Positions 18,882 to 27,542 of a DNA stretch of 64,000 nt are shown in pieces. The first letter of the stretch is position 1; each line of letters begins with the position of its first letter. The DNA lies in the NCBI GenBank assembly GCA_026397315.1, contig JAPLVC010000007.1, positions 45,450 to 109,449 on the forward strand, given 5' to 3'. The notes beneath the pieces were generated by a model. It saw only the letters and a list, made by a program, of their open reading frames with translations. It was not told where the DNA came from and did no database searches. The stretch comes from Candidatus Aenigmatarchaeota archaeon. Its GTDB lineage: Archaea > Aenigmatarchaeota > Aenigmatarchaeia > QMZP01 > QMZT01. Made by a program: the position numbers and the translations under genes.

Positions 18882-19595
18882 TCATTCCTCGTCTTTGATG
18901 ACTTTTATTGCGAGCGTGCCGAGGTCTATGGAAATTATTTTCGCGTTCCCCGGGTTGACGCACAGCGTGCGCCCTATCTTCTGCTTCATGCTTTTCGAAA
19001 CTCCCGGCGACTCGTGGATGTGGCCGTGCAGCGTCAGCATCGGCTGCGCGTCCTCGATGAACCTGCGTATAGCTTCGCTGCCTTTATGCTCGCCGTTGTG
19101 GAGCATGTCCAGCTTCGTCCCCAGCGGCGGCGCGTGGAAGACGAATATCATCTTTTCCATATCGAGCCTGGATGACATCGCCTTCAGCTCCGTGTATATT
19201 TCCTCTTCGGTTTTCTCCCAGTCTTTCAGCAGGAACGGCGTGGGATTTATGTAAGGATATCCTGCGATGGTCCATTCTTTATGTCTGTAAGACTTCCTGT
19301 GAAGCAGCATCGCCGTCCTGAGCTTGCCTGCCTTTTTCAATATTTTGAAATTCGCCTCGAAATCGTCGTTGCCCATCATGATGAAGACGGGCTTCTTGGC
19401 CTGCTTCTTGAATTCTTTCAGGCGCGGGGTCAGGTAGAACTGGAGGAAAAATGCCTGGCCGCTCGGGTTCACGCCGGAAGTGATGTCGCCGCCGAATACG
19501 ATGGCGTCTATATCGCTAGCTCTCGCAAGCTCGAACACGCGCTCGTATACCTTGACGATACCATGGACGTCCGTCACGTAGAGAATTTTCGTCAT
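18882..19595 (-). CDS. Calcineurin-like metallophosphoesterase
   Basis: MPP motifs DVHG, GGDITS, GNDDFE, HAPP, GHIHE. Confidence 0.7.
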   Translation of the reverse strand: MTKILYVTDVHGIVKVYERVFELARASDIDAIVFGGDITSGVNPSGQAFFLQFYLTPRLKEFKKQAKKPVFIMMGNDDFEANFKILKKAGKLRTAMLLHRKSYRHKEWTIAGYPYINPTPFLLKDWEKTEEEIYTELKAMSSRLDMEKMIFVFHAPPLGTKLDMLHNGEHKGSEAIRRFIEDAQPMLTLHGHIHESPGVSKSMKQKIGRTLCVNPGNAKIISIDLGTLAIKVIKDEE

Positions 19596-19617
19596 AGAAT
19601 CACAACTGAGATATTAG

Positions 19618-19728
19618 TGGACTCGTCGGGATTTGAACCCGAGGCCTCTTGGATGCGAACCAAGCGCTCTCTAGCGACTGAAGCAGGCGAACCTGCTTCC
19701 ATCGAAATTACCACTGAGCTACGAGCCC
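19618..19728 (-). tRNA. tRNA-Ala (anticodon CGC) with a 39-nt intron at a non-canonical position in the D-loop
   Basis: Minus-strand read: GGGCTCG-TA-GCTC-AGTGGTA-[intron ATTTCGATGGAAGCAGGTTCGCCTGCTTCAGTCGCTAGA]-GAGC-G-CTTGG-TTCGCAT-CCAAG-AGGCC-TCGGG-TTCAAAT-CCCGA-CGAGTCC-A. The G3:U70 Ala identity pair is present and there is no encoded CCA. The intron forms an 8-bp hairpin with a TTCG tetraloop. Confidence 0.75.
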
Positions 19729-19754
19729 GTGTCAAACATTATCTTATTATTCAG

Positions 19755-19763
19755 TATATATAA
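19755..19763 (-). promoter_or_regulatory. TATA box (TTATATATA on the minus strand) about 27-35 nt upstream of the tRNA-Ala 5' end
   Basis: A/T-rich box at canonical archaeal spacing; lies in the divergent intergenic region shared with the LigD_N-like gene. Confidence 0.5.
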
Positions 19764-19771
19764 CTTAAATT

Positions 19772-20137
19772 ATGCCCGTTTTCGTAGTCCACGAGCATAA
19801 CGCTTCGCGCCTCCACTGGGACCTCCGCCTGGAGATGGACGGCGTGCTGAAATCGTGGGCCGTTCCGAAGGAGCCGCCGTTGGAAGCGAATGTCAAACGC
19901 CTCGCGATACAGGTGGATGACCACGCTCTTTCTTATGGGAAATTCGAAGGTGTCATTAAAGAAGGGTATGGTGCCGGCACCGTGAAAATCTGGGATAATG
20001 GAACGTATGAAATCGTGGACAAGAAACCTGATAAAATCGTTTTCAAGATTAGCGGCAGGAAGATGCGCGGGGAATACGTCCTGCTGAAATTCAAAAAAGC
20101 CGACGAAAAGGAATGGCTGCTTTTCAGGAAAGAATGA
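19772..20137 (+). CDS. LigD N-terminal domain (3'-phosphoesterase-like) stand-alone protein
   Basis: ASRLHWDLRLEMDGVLKSWAVPKEP...DHALSYGKFEG...GYGAGTVKIWDNGTY matches the LigD_N domain consensus. Confidence 0.6.
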   Translation: MPVFVVHEHNASRLHWDLRLEMDGVLKSWAVPKEPPLEANVKRLAIQVDDHALSYGKFEGVIKEGYGAGTVKIWDNGTYEIVDKKPDKIVFKISGRKMRGEYVLLKFKKADEKEWLLFRKE

Positions 20138-20183
20138 CAAAGTTGGTAAATACTTTTTCTAAAAATATCTGTTTTTAAAAAAA

Positions 20184-20648
20184 TTGATTGACTACATGTT
20201 TAAACATAGGTTATTATTACTACAATTCCAGAAATCATTAATGACCAAGATAATTTATCTCGACACCAACATCTATCTAGATTATTATTTTGATAGACAT
20301 GGATCTAAAAGAGCATTTGATATAATATTTTTTCGAGCACCAAATTGTGAATTCAAAATAGTTGTTTCAGATTGGGTTCTGCGAGAACTTGAACTTAATG
20401 GAATTGGTTCAAAAGAAATGAAAACACTTTTCAGTAGAATTTCTGAAAATAAAAAATTGGTTACAATTTTTACAGAAAAACCAAAGGACATAGACGATGC
20501 GAAAAAAATATCATCGGATCATTTTCAAGATCCATTACATGTGATTCTCGCTAAGAAGGGTGGCGCTGAAATATTAATAACAAGAAATGTACAAGATTTC
20601 AACTGTTGTAGGCATCTTTTAGATATCAAGTTTCCTGAAGATATTTGA
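20184..20648 (+). CDS. PIN-domain-like putative nuclease
   Basis: N-terminal IIYLDTNI and C-terminal AEILITRNVQDF resemble PIN signatures; AT-rich. Confidence 0.45.
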   Translation: MIDYMFKHRLLLLQFQKSLMTKIIYLDTNIYLDYYFDRHGSKRAFDIIFFRAPNCEFKIVVSDWVLRELELNGIGSKEMKTLFSRISENKKLVTIFTEKPKDIDDAKKISSDHFQDPLHVILAKKGGAEILITRNVQDFNCCRHLLDIKFPEDI

Positions 20649-21791
20649 TGTATCTTCCTTCGCAAATTCTTCAGCTATTTTTCTTCTTTCATCTTTCGTA
20701 GTCTTCTTCTCTTCAATTATTTTCATCAAAGTCCTGTATTTTTCAAATTCTTTAAACTCAGTTTCTTTCAATTCATCAACTTTGCACAGATCTCTCAAAT
20801 AAGAAACGTATTCAATCGCTAACCTTTCATTTATTATGAAATAAATATCAAGATATGATTTGAGCGTGTTTTTGTCATAACCAATTTTTAAAAGACTTTC
20901 AAAAAGATTATATGTGGTTATCATATCCCACACAATTCGCATAGTGTCTAGTATTTCTGTCCTCAATTCGTTTATTTCATCAGATTTCATAGTTTTTAGC
21001 ATGTAAATTGTAGTTGAAATAAAATCATTCAATATCTTTGCAGCATTTTCAGTTTCCTCATTTAATTTAAAATTAAATCCAATCTCCATTAGAATATCTC
21101 TTATTTTCAATTTGTTTTCATCATTTAATTCAATAATACCAAAATTTTTCTCAAATTCAAACTGTCTGAGATAGAGTAAATTTTTAGATTTTATATATTG
21201 TCCCTTTCTCATATACACCGAATTGTGATCTTTTTCTTTCTCAACTATTCTATTTATGCATTCGTTTATCTCACTCTCATTTTTAACGGACGTGTAACTA
21301 TAATCCTTTGTTGGGTCATATAATTTTAAGCAAAGTTCACCGAACCTGTACCAAACTAATGGTACATCTAGATTACATTCCTGTACTATATCTACAAGTA
21401 ATTTTTGAACTTGTGTTTTGTTAGGATAATAAGTCGTCTTCTCTTTCCAAGTTTCTCTAATTTTCATAAAAAGGAAATTTACTAAATTATCTTGTTCCGA
21501 CTTAATCGGTATTCCGAAAAGCGTTCCTGAATTTTTTTCGGGAGAACTTGTGCAAGATTTCAAAGTGAAAACTCTTTTGTTTCCTTCTGCTCTCTCAACA
21601 GCGATTCCGGATTCTTCTAGCATCTCCAAATATTTGCGCACACTATCCCATGTCGTTCCGGTTTCGCCGGCAACTTCATAAATAGATTTGGGGCCTTTTT
21701 TCAGGGATTCGATGACAGATTGAACAACTTCGCGGCTGGTCTTCTTGGCACTACCCCTGCCAGTTGTCATGTTAATAATATTGGTAACCAT
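20619..21791 (-). CDS. Hypothetical 390-aa protein with N-terminal winged HTH and long helical C-terminal region
   Basis: wHTH segment KSIYEVAGETGTTWDSVRKYLEMLEESGIAVERAEGNKRVFTL; the remainder is K/E/I/N-rich with no known motif; convergent with the PIN-like gene, overlapping it by 30 nt. Confidence 0.45.
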   Translation of the reverse strand: MVTNIINMTTGRGSAKKTSREVVQSVIESLKKGPKSIYEVAGETGTTWDSVRKYLEMLEESGIAVERAEGNKRVFTLKSCTSSPEKNSGTLFGIPIKSEQDNLVNFLFMKIRETWKEKTTYYPNKTQVQKLLVDIVQECNLDVPLVWYRFGELCLKLYDPTKDYSYTSVKNESEINECINRIVEKEKDHNSVYMRKGQYIKSKNLLYLRQFEFEKNFGIIELNDENKLKIRDILMEIGFNFKLNEETENAAKILNDFISTTIYMLKTMKSDEINELRTEILDTMRIVWDMITTYNLFESLLKIGYDKNTLKSYLDIYFIINERLAIEYVSYLRDLCKVDELKETEFKEFEKYRTLMKIIEEKKTTKDERRKIAEEFAKEDTSNIFRKLDI

Positions 21792-21907
21792 ATTTAAATA
21801 TCACCATATCAGCATAGACTAATTTTAAATAAGTAGAATGAATAAAAGCTTTATATACTTAATTGCAAATACTATATAGTTATTTGAGTATAGTAATGGA
21901 GGTAAAA

Positions 21908-22180
21908 ATGAGAAGAATCGTTAAAAGAGTAGTGGATGGCGATACTTTGGAAGTTAATCGTAATATAAATGGGACTAGATTTGTAAGACTCGCCAATGTA
22001 AACGCACCCGAAAGGCATCAATTTGGTGGAAGAACAGCGACAAAAACATTAACCGGCCTTGTAGGCGGTAGATCGATAACACTAACTCCTGTAGCAAGGG
22101 ACGTTTATGGAAGAGTAGTCGCCGAAGTCAGATGTGGAAGACAAAGTATCAATCGTAAAATGAAGAAAAGAGGATATTAA
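21908..22180 (+). CDS. Short thermonuclease (SNase)-like protein
   Basis: VVDGDTLEV...VRLANVNAPE resembles the SNase catalytic core (DGDT...R...D.PE); GGAGGT RBS precedes the internal ATG of ORF 21863..22180. Confidence 0.5.
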   Translation: MRRIVKRVVDGDTLEVNRNINGTRFVRLANVNAPERHQFGGRTATKTLTGLVGGRSITLTPVARDVYGRVVAEVRCGRQSINRKMKKRGY

Positions 22181-22202
22181 AAATATATCAAGGGAGGAAA
22201 TC

Positions 22203-22355
22203 ATGATAAAAATAATCGCTATAGCAACAGGACTCGCAGCTGTACTTGGACTTGGTAGCATTCTTCTTTCAAGTCTAGGCAATAATACTTGGCCTGTATT
22301 TTTGTTTGCAGCAATATTTGTTTTTTTAATCGGTATACTCGTTAAAAAAATATAA
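22203..22355 (+). CDS. 50-aa membrane peptide (MIKIIAIATGLAAVLGLGSILLSSLGNNTWPVFLFAAIFVFLIGILVKKI)
   Basis: Manual translation; GGGAGGA RBS 6 nt upstream; two hydrophobic helices; below the ORF-track cutoff. Confidence 0.35.
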   Translation: MIKIIAIATGLAAVLGLGSILLSSLGNNTWPVFLFAAIFVFLIGILVKKI

Positions 22356-22440
22356 TAAGATAAAAAACACCCATTGAAAAACATTTTGTTAGATTTGATA
22401 ATTAAATCGTATTTTAACCAGAACGACAAAATATTTTCTT

Positions 22441-22977
22441 ATGATTGACATTTACACGCTCGTCGAGGCCGTGTGGATTCTGTGGCCGGCGTACGGGGCG
22501 AACGGCCTGTGCATGCTCGCGCATGGGAAGCGGGTCATCGATGGCGGACGCATGTGGCGCGGCAAACAGATTTTTGGCCCGGGCAAGACATGGGAAGGTC
22601 TGCTGTTCGGCGTGTTCGTTGGCGCGCTCGTCGGGACGATTCAGATGCTCGCTTACCCGTTCCTGCCATGGGAGCTTTCCCCGGTCGCGCTTTCGCTGGT
22701 CCCCATGACGCCGCTCACGGGCGCGCTCATAGGCCTGGGCGCGCTGCTCGGCGACATAGGCGGCTCGTTCATAAAGCGACGCCTGGGCATCGCGCGAGGC
22801 AAACCAGCGCCAATCCTGGACCAGCTCGATTTCATAGCGGGAATGCTGATTGTGCTGGCGTTCGTGTATCCGCTGAAATGGGAATGGGTCGTGATATTGG
22901 CGATAATGACGCCGGTCTTCCACCTGCTGGCGAACAGGATAGCCTACATACTGAAGCTCAAGAACGTGCCTTATTAG
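22441..22977 (+). CDS. carS: CDP-archaeol synthase
   Basis: DUF46/CarS-like signature ANGLCMLAHGKRVIDGG...GPGKTWEGLLFG in a 178-aa membrane protein. Confidence 0.7.
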   Translation: MIDIYTLVEAVWILWPAYGANGLCMLAHGKRVIDGGRMWRGKQIFGPGKTWEGLLFGVFVGALVGTIQMLAYPFLPWELSPVALSLVPMTPLTGALIGLGALLGDIGGSFIKRRLGIARGKPAPILDQLDFIAGMLIVLAFVYPLKWEWVVILAIMTPVFHLLANRIAYILKLKNVPY

Positions 22978-22998
22978 AAAGATAAAAAATTACTCAAT

Positions 22999-23217
22999 TT
23001 ACTTCTTTTTTGCGAGCCTGATTAATTTTTTGACCTTGGAAGCCTTGCTCTTGTTGCTGGGGCCCCTGCCTTTGTTCTTCACGTGCTTTAATTTTTTATG
23101 CGTCTTGTGCACCTTTTTCTTCAGCGGTTTCCTGGAAACTTTTTTTCTTTTGACCATCTGCATCCCTGATAAACAAATAGCTGACAACTGGACTCGGTGA
23201 AAGAGTTCCTCAAACAA
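22999..23217 (-). CDS. Lysine-rich highly basic small protein
   Basis: MVKRKKVSRKPLKKKVHKTHKKLKHVKNKGRGPSNKSKASKVKKLIRLAKKK; looks like a nucleic-acid-binding or ribosomal-like protein; family unknown. Confidence 0.3.
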   Translation of the reverse strand: MFEELFHRVQLSAICLSGMQMVKRKKVSRKPLKKKVHKTHKKLKHVKNKGRGPSNKSKASKVKKLIRLAKKK

Positions 23218-23651
23218 CCATCGATTGCATTCTTAACCTACCGACGTGCTTTAGAGGTGATCTCATTCGCGCCATACAGAAGCTTAACAAGCGCAGGTTT
23301 CGTGCGGTGAGTTATAGTCCAGACACCACATTAATGGCTGAGCGCCTGACAGAGGCCTATATGGACACATCCTTTTCAGGACAACCGAAATGTCCTGTCA
23401 GCAGAGATAATTATATGATGTGATATATATATTTATCTGACTACTTATTGGTCAATAAAACACAACGCATTTAAAGTAAAAAACGATATGCATCGACCAA
23501 TAAATTCCGGCTAATAGCGATTTTTTATTTTTCCAAAATATATAATCCAAAAGTTAAATTCGTTATAAACACATAATAGCGCTTCCTGTTTAAATATTTA
23601 TGCGTTATTCAATTTGTTTTTTAACCACGATTGTAAAATATTATTGTCTTT

Positions 23652-24248
23652 ATGCAGGGGAAGTTCATCGTCTTTGAGGGAATCGATAAGTCGGGCAAGC
23701 ACACGCAATCGCGCATGCTCTTCGAATACCTGCGCAGACGCGGAGAGCGGGTGATGTATACTGAAGAGCCGACTGCGGACAACCCCGCCGGGCGCGCTAT
23801 AAAGGATTGGTTGGCAGGAAAGTTCGAGCTGAAGAGCGGCGAGGCGATAACGCTTTTGTATACTGCTGACAGATACGAACATCTTAAACAAACGATACTG
23901 CCGTCGCTGGAAAAAGGCATGACGGTGATTTCGGACCGATACTTCTATTCGACAATCGCCTACGAGTCGGCGATATTCAACGTCGACCCGAAATGGATAC
24001 GCGAGCTGCACGAGAAGGCACGCAGGCCGGACGTCGTGATATTCATCGACATCGCGCCGGAGATATCGCTCAAGCGGCGACGCGCCCGCCCGGACGACAG
24101 GCTGGAGAAGGTCGAACTTCTTACTAAGGTCAGGGAAGCATACAAGAAGATGATGGATGAAGAGCGTTTCTTCACCGTCGACGGGAACCGGACGAAAGAG
24201 GACGTCTTTGCCGACGTGAAAAAAATCATCGACAGAATTTTGGCCTGA
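23652..24248 (+). CDS. tmk: Thymidylate kinase
   Basis: P-loop FEGIDKSGKHTQ, DRY motif; 198 aa. Confidence 0.8.
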   Translation: MQGKFIVFEGIDKSGKHTQSRMLFEYLRRRGERVMYTEEPTADNPAGRAIKDWLAGKFELKSGEAITLLYTADRYEHLKQTILPSLEKGMTVISDRYFYSTIAYESAIFNVDPKWIRELHEKARRPDVVIFIDIAPEISLKRRRARPDDRLEKVELLTKVREAYKKMMDEERFFTVDGNRTKEDVFADVKKIIDRILA

Positions 24249-24334
24249 AACGTCTCCTGCCCAACAGGCCGGATTGAAAGTGACGTAAAAACCAATAAAT
24301 ACAAAGACTGGTAAAATTAGGTTATCTGAGGCGT

Positions 24335-25087
24335 ATGTTCTCAAAGGTTTTCATCGCATGGAAGAGGGATTACGGCGAGCAGATTGTTCTGAGGGTATGC
24401 TCCATACTGCGCGAAGCGGGCGTACCATACGCGTTTCACGAGCCGGAAGACTGCGATTTCGCGATAACGGTCGGCGGCGACGGCACGGTTCTCATGTTCC
24501 AGTCATCGCTGGAATGTCCCATTCTCGGCATAAACCCGGGCAAGTCTGTAGGCTTTTACACGACAGCGAATGCCAGGGACTTCGAGGCTAAACTGAAAAG
24601 GCTGCTTAACGGGAAAGAGGGCAAGGACTATTTCATCAGGGAGTTCACCAGGATAGAGGCAATGCTGAACAGGAAGCTTCTGCCTTTCAGAGCGCTCAAC
24701 GAAATCCTCGTTTCACCCATATTCGTCAGGAGAATGCTGAACTCCAGCCTGGAAACAGGTGGCAGGAAATCGTTCGAAAGAAACTCGGGCATACTGGTTT
24801 ACACGCCGAGCGGCTCAAACGCCTTCGCCAAATCAACCGGTGCGAAGCCACTGGGCACGAACGGCCATTTCGGCGTGGCTGCAATCGCTCCGTACGCCGG
24901 AAGACTGAAGAAAAACATCGTCCTGGACAAGGGTCATGTCATGATAACATGTCTCAACGACGAAGGCGAAGTCTGCTTCGACGGCCAGGAAGACCAGGTC
25001 TCCCGCATAAAAGAGAATGACGTCATCTTCGCGAGGAAGAGCGACAAGCCTGCCAAAATCGTCTGCTTCTCAAAAAAGAAAGCGTGA
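24335..25087 (+). CDS. nadK: NAD kinase
   Basis: GGDGT motif, NEILV motif, about 250 aa. Confidence 0.8.
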   Translation: MFSKVFIAWKRDYGEQIVLRVCSILREAGVPYAFHEPEDCDFAITVGGDGTVLMFQSSLECPILGINPGKSVGFYTTANARDFEAKLKRLLNGKEGKDYFIREFTRIEAMLNRKLLPFRALNEILVSPIFVRRMLNSSLETGGRKSFERNSGILVYTPSGSNAFAKSTGAKPLGTNGHFGVAAIAPYAGRLKKNIVLDKGHVMITCLNDEGEVCFDGQEDQVSRIKENDVIFARKSDKPAKIVCFSKKKA

Positions 25088-25123
25088 AGCGCCGGAAAAC
25101 AATGGCGCGTTCTGTAAATCAAA

Positions 25124-26413
25124 TCAGTATCTTCTGCCGCGACTTTCGCTTCTGCTGTGGCCTGACGGGCTGCGGTAGCCGCCATGGCTTCCGCCGCGAT
25201 GGCCTTCGTGGCCTCCGCGACCGTATCCGCTGCTGCGTTGGCCGTAGCGCTGGCCCTGGTGACCTTCCCTGCGCTCGCGGCCTGCGTGCGGGTTGAACGG
25301 AATCCTTCTGAAGTCGGGTCGCTCGCCAGCAACTATGTTCATCTCCGGGTTTTCGCGCAATATGCGGCGGAAATTATCGTAGTCGCCGTCGGACAGTATC
25401 GTTATCGCGAGACCTGATTTGCCTGCGCGCGCGGTCCTGCCAACCCTGTGGATGTAGTCATCGCGTTTCTCCGGAACGTCGTAGTTGAACACGTGCGTTA
25501 TGCCCTTTATATCAAGGCCGCGGGAGGCGACATCAGTAGCGATGAGCACTTGCACTTGGCCTGCGTGCGTCTCGCCTATTATGCGCTCTCGCTTGTTCTG
25601 CTCGAGGCCGCCGTGTATCACTTTGGCGTCGATTCCCTGTATCTGCAGGTTCTTCGCCACAGCATCCGCTGTGTGTCGCCTTCCGCAGAATACGAGAGCG
25701 AGCTTCGGCTTCTCATGCTGCAAAAGGTGCACGAATAACGAGAACTTCTCGTTCTCCTGCACATCGTAATATATTTGGTGTAGCAGTTCCGGCTTCACGT
25801 GACGTTCGGTCTCTATGCTGACCGGTTTCTCCATGTAACGCTGGCTTATGCGGAAGACCGGACCGGGCATCGTGGCGCTGAAAAGCATCGTCTGTCGTTG
25901 TCGCGACGTGTGGCGGATTATGCGCTCGACGTCGTCGATGAAACCCATGTCCAGCATGCGATCCGCTTCGTCGAGGACGAGATATTTCACGTGCGACAGG
26001 TTTATAGTCCTGCGTTCGAGGTGGTCCAGTAACCTGCCAGGCGTTCCTACCACAATGCTCGCTGTTTTAAGCGCCTGTATCTGCGACTCGATGGGCACGC
26101 CTCCGTAGACGCTCGCGACCTCGGCCATCCTGTAGTCCGTCAGCTTGACGAACTCCTTCATTATCTGGTTTGCCAGCTCCCTCGTCGGCGTTACTACCAG
26201 CGCCTGGACACCCTTGCCATGCTCCACCTTTTCTATGATGGGTATCGCAAAAGCAAGCGTTTTCCCGGAGCCGGTTTCCGACTGGGCTATGACATCCTTC
26301 CCCTCTTTTATGAGGGGTATGCACTCCTTCTGTATAAGCGTCGGCTTCTCGAAGCCCGCCTTCTTGAGAATATCAAGTATTCTCGGTTCTATTCCTAATT
26401 TTTCAAATGACAT
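25124..26413 (-). CDS. DEAD-box ATP-dependent RNA helicase with Gly/Arg-rich C-terminal tail
   Basis: Q motif, AQSETGSGKT, PTRELA, DEAD, SAT, HRVGRTARAG motifs. Confidence 0.85.
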   Translation of the reverse strand: MSFEKLGIEPRILDILKKAGFEKPTLIQKECIPLIKEGKDVIAQSETGSGKTLAFAIPIIEKVEHGKGVQALVVTPTRELANQIMKEFVKLTDYRMAEVASVYGGVPIESQIQALKTASIVVGTPGRLLDHLERRTINLSHVKYLVLDEADRMLDMGFIDDVERIIRHTSRQRQTMLFSATMPGPVFRISQRYMEKPVSIETERHVKPELLHQIYYDVQENEKFSLFVHLLQHEKPKLALVFCGRRHTADAVAKNLQIQGIDAKVIHGGLEQNKRERIIGETHAGQVQVLIATDVASRGLDIKGITHVFNYDVPEKRDDYIHRVGRTARAGKSGLAITILSDGDYDNFRRILRENPEMNIVAGERPDFRRIPFNPHAGRERREGHQGQRYGQRSSGYGRGGHEGHRGGSHGGYRSPSGHSRSESRGRRY

Positions 26414-26674
26414 CTATATCACTCCTTTTAAGCATGTAAACTTTTTGCAGTAAACGTTGTTTACTTGGGTTTACAGTTGTCAAAGACGAAAACAGAATTA
26501 GTATTCATCGCCAAGAGGCGGATGATCCCAACGCCGTTTTTCGCATTGTGCTTTGTTAATTAATATAGTGCATATTTATAAAGGTTAAAGCCTGCCTATC
26601 CCGCCTGGTCCGGCCATGGCGACGAACGCGACTACTGACGGGCTGGACTCAGTTTTTATATCAGAATAGACTAT

Positions 26675-27523
26675 TTGTATATTATTATGAACAAGGTTCT
26701 GAATTTTCTCATCCACAGCAACATATATCTTGGCCTGAGCGCGAGCGCGGTCGCGTATCTCTGCATGGTCCTGCTCGGCATGCCCATATACTGGCAGCCC
26801 ATGGTCATCGCGTTCTGTGTCACGTTCTTCCTCTACAGCCTTAACAGATATACCGACATGGAGGAAGACAGGATAAACTACCCCGACAGGGTCAAGTTCA
26901 TCAAGAGCAGCGGCAAACCAGTCTTTTACTTTTCAGCCGCCCTTTACGCGTTCTCGCTCTACCTGGCGTTCACCAACAGCATAGCCAGCTTCATGATAGC
27001 GCTCGCGCCGTTCATACTGGTCTTCTCCTACAGCGTCATCCGCCTGAAGAAGCTGCTGATATTCAAGAACCTTATAGTCGCCTTCGGCTGGGCCATGGTC
27101 GCTTTTCTCGCGCTTTCCTACACGCACCCTGTGAGCTATTTCGAGCCGCTGAGCATGTCGGTGTTCATGTTCTTCTTCATACGCGTGCTCATAGACACCG
27201 TCGCTTTCGACGCCCAGGACGTGGAGGGCGACAAGGTCAGTCGAGTAAGAACGATAGCCAACACCTTCGGCATCACCAAGGTCAAGACCATATGCCACGC
27301 GCTCAACATCTTCATGATAGTGTTCTTCCTGCTCGCGTGGAATTTTGACATCAGCAACATGCCCATCACGGCGAACCTGATAATCATCTGGTCGTTCCTT
27401 TACATGTTCATGATAAACCGCTTCGGCGTCAAAGGGGTAACGGACGTGATATCGGAAGGCGAGCTCATTCTCCTGGGGATTGTCGTCTTCGCCATCCAGA
27501 ACGCCCAAGCGCTTCTGCTGTAA
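26675..27523 (+). CDS. UbiA-superfamily prenyltransferase-like membrane protein
   Basis: About 8 TM helices; Asp/Glu-rich motifs NRYTDMEEDRIN and DAQDVEGDK resemble the two UbiA Asp-rich motifs; assignment tentative. Confidence 0.45.
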   Translation: MYIIMNKVLNFLIHSNIYLGLSASAVAYLCMVLLGMPIYWQPMVIAFCVTFFLYSLNRYTDMEEDRINYPDRVKFIKSSGKPVFYFSAALYAFSLYLAFTNSIASFMIALAPFILVFSYSVIRLKKLLIFKNLIVAFGWAMVAFLALSYTHPVSYFEPLSMSVFMFFFIRVLIDTVAFDAQDVEGDKVSRVRTIANTFGITKVKTICHALNIFMIVFFLLAWNFDISNMPITANLIIIWSFLYMFMINRFGVKGVTDVISEGELILLGIVVFAIQNAQALLL

Positions 27524-27542
27524 AAACGGTTAAAAAAACTGT

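Larger units (their letters stand above)
20140..22440. other. AT-rich (foreign-composition) islet inserted between the LigD_N-like gene and carS, next to tRNA-Ala
   Basis: Abrupt drop in G+C by eye across four ORFs with AT-skewed codon usage; flanking genes are GC-rich. Confidence 0.55.

Noticed and set aside
19618-22440. tRNA-Ala as an integrase-mediated attachment site for the AT-rich islet
   Set aside because: There is no integrase gene and no tRNA-derived direct repeat at the far boundary. The islet lies beyond the tRNA 5' end and is separated from it by a host-composition gene. It is kept only as a possibility within the islet finding.
23190-23290. RNase P RNA P4-like elements (GAAAGAGTTCC ... 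ACAGAAGCTTA)
   Set aside because: The two strands are only about 80 nt apart, do not base-pair properly, and the rest of the conserved RNase P core is not visible.
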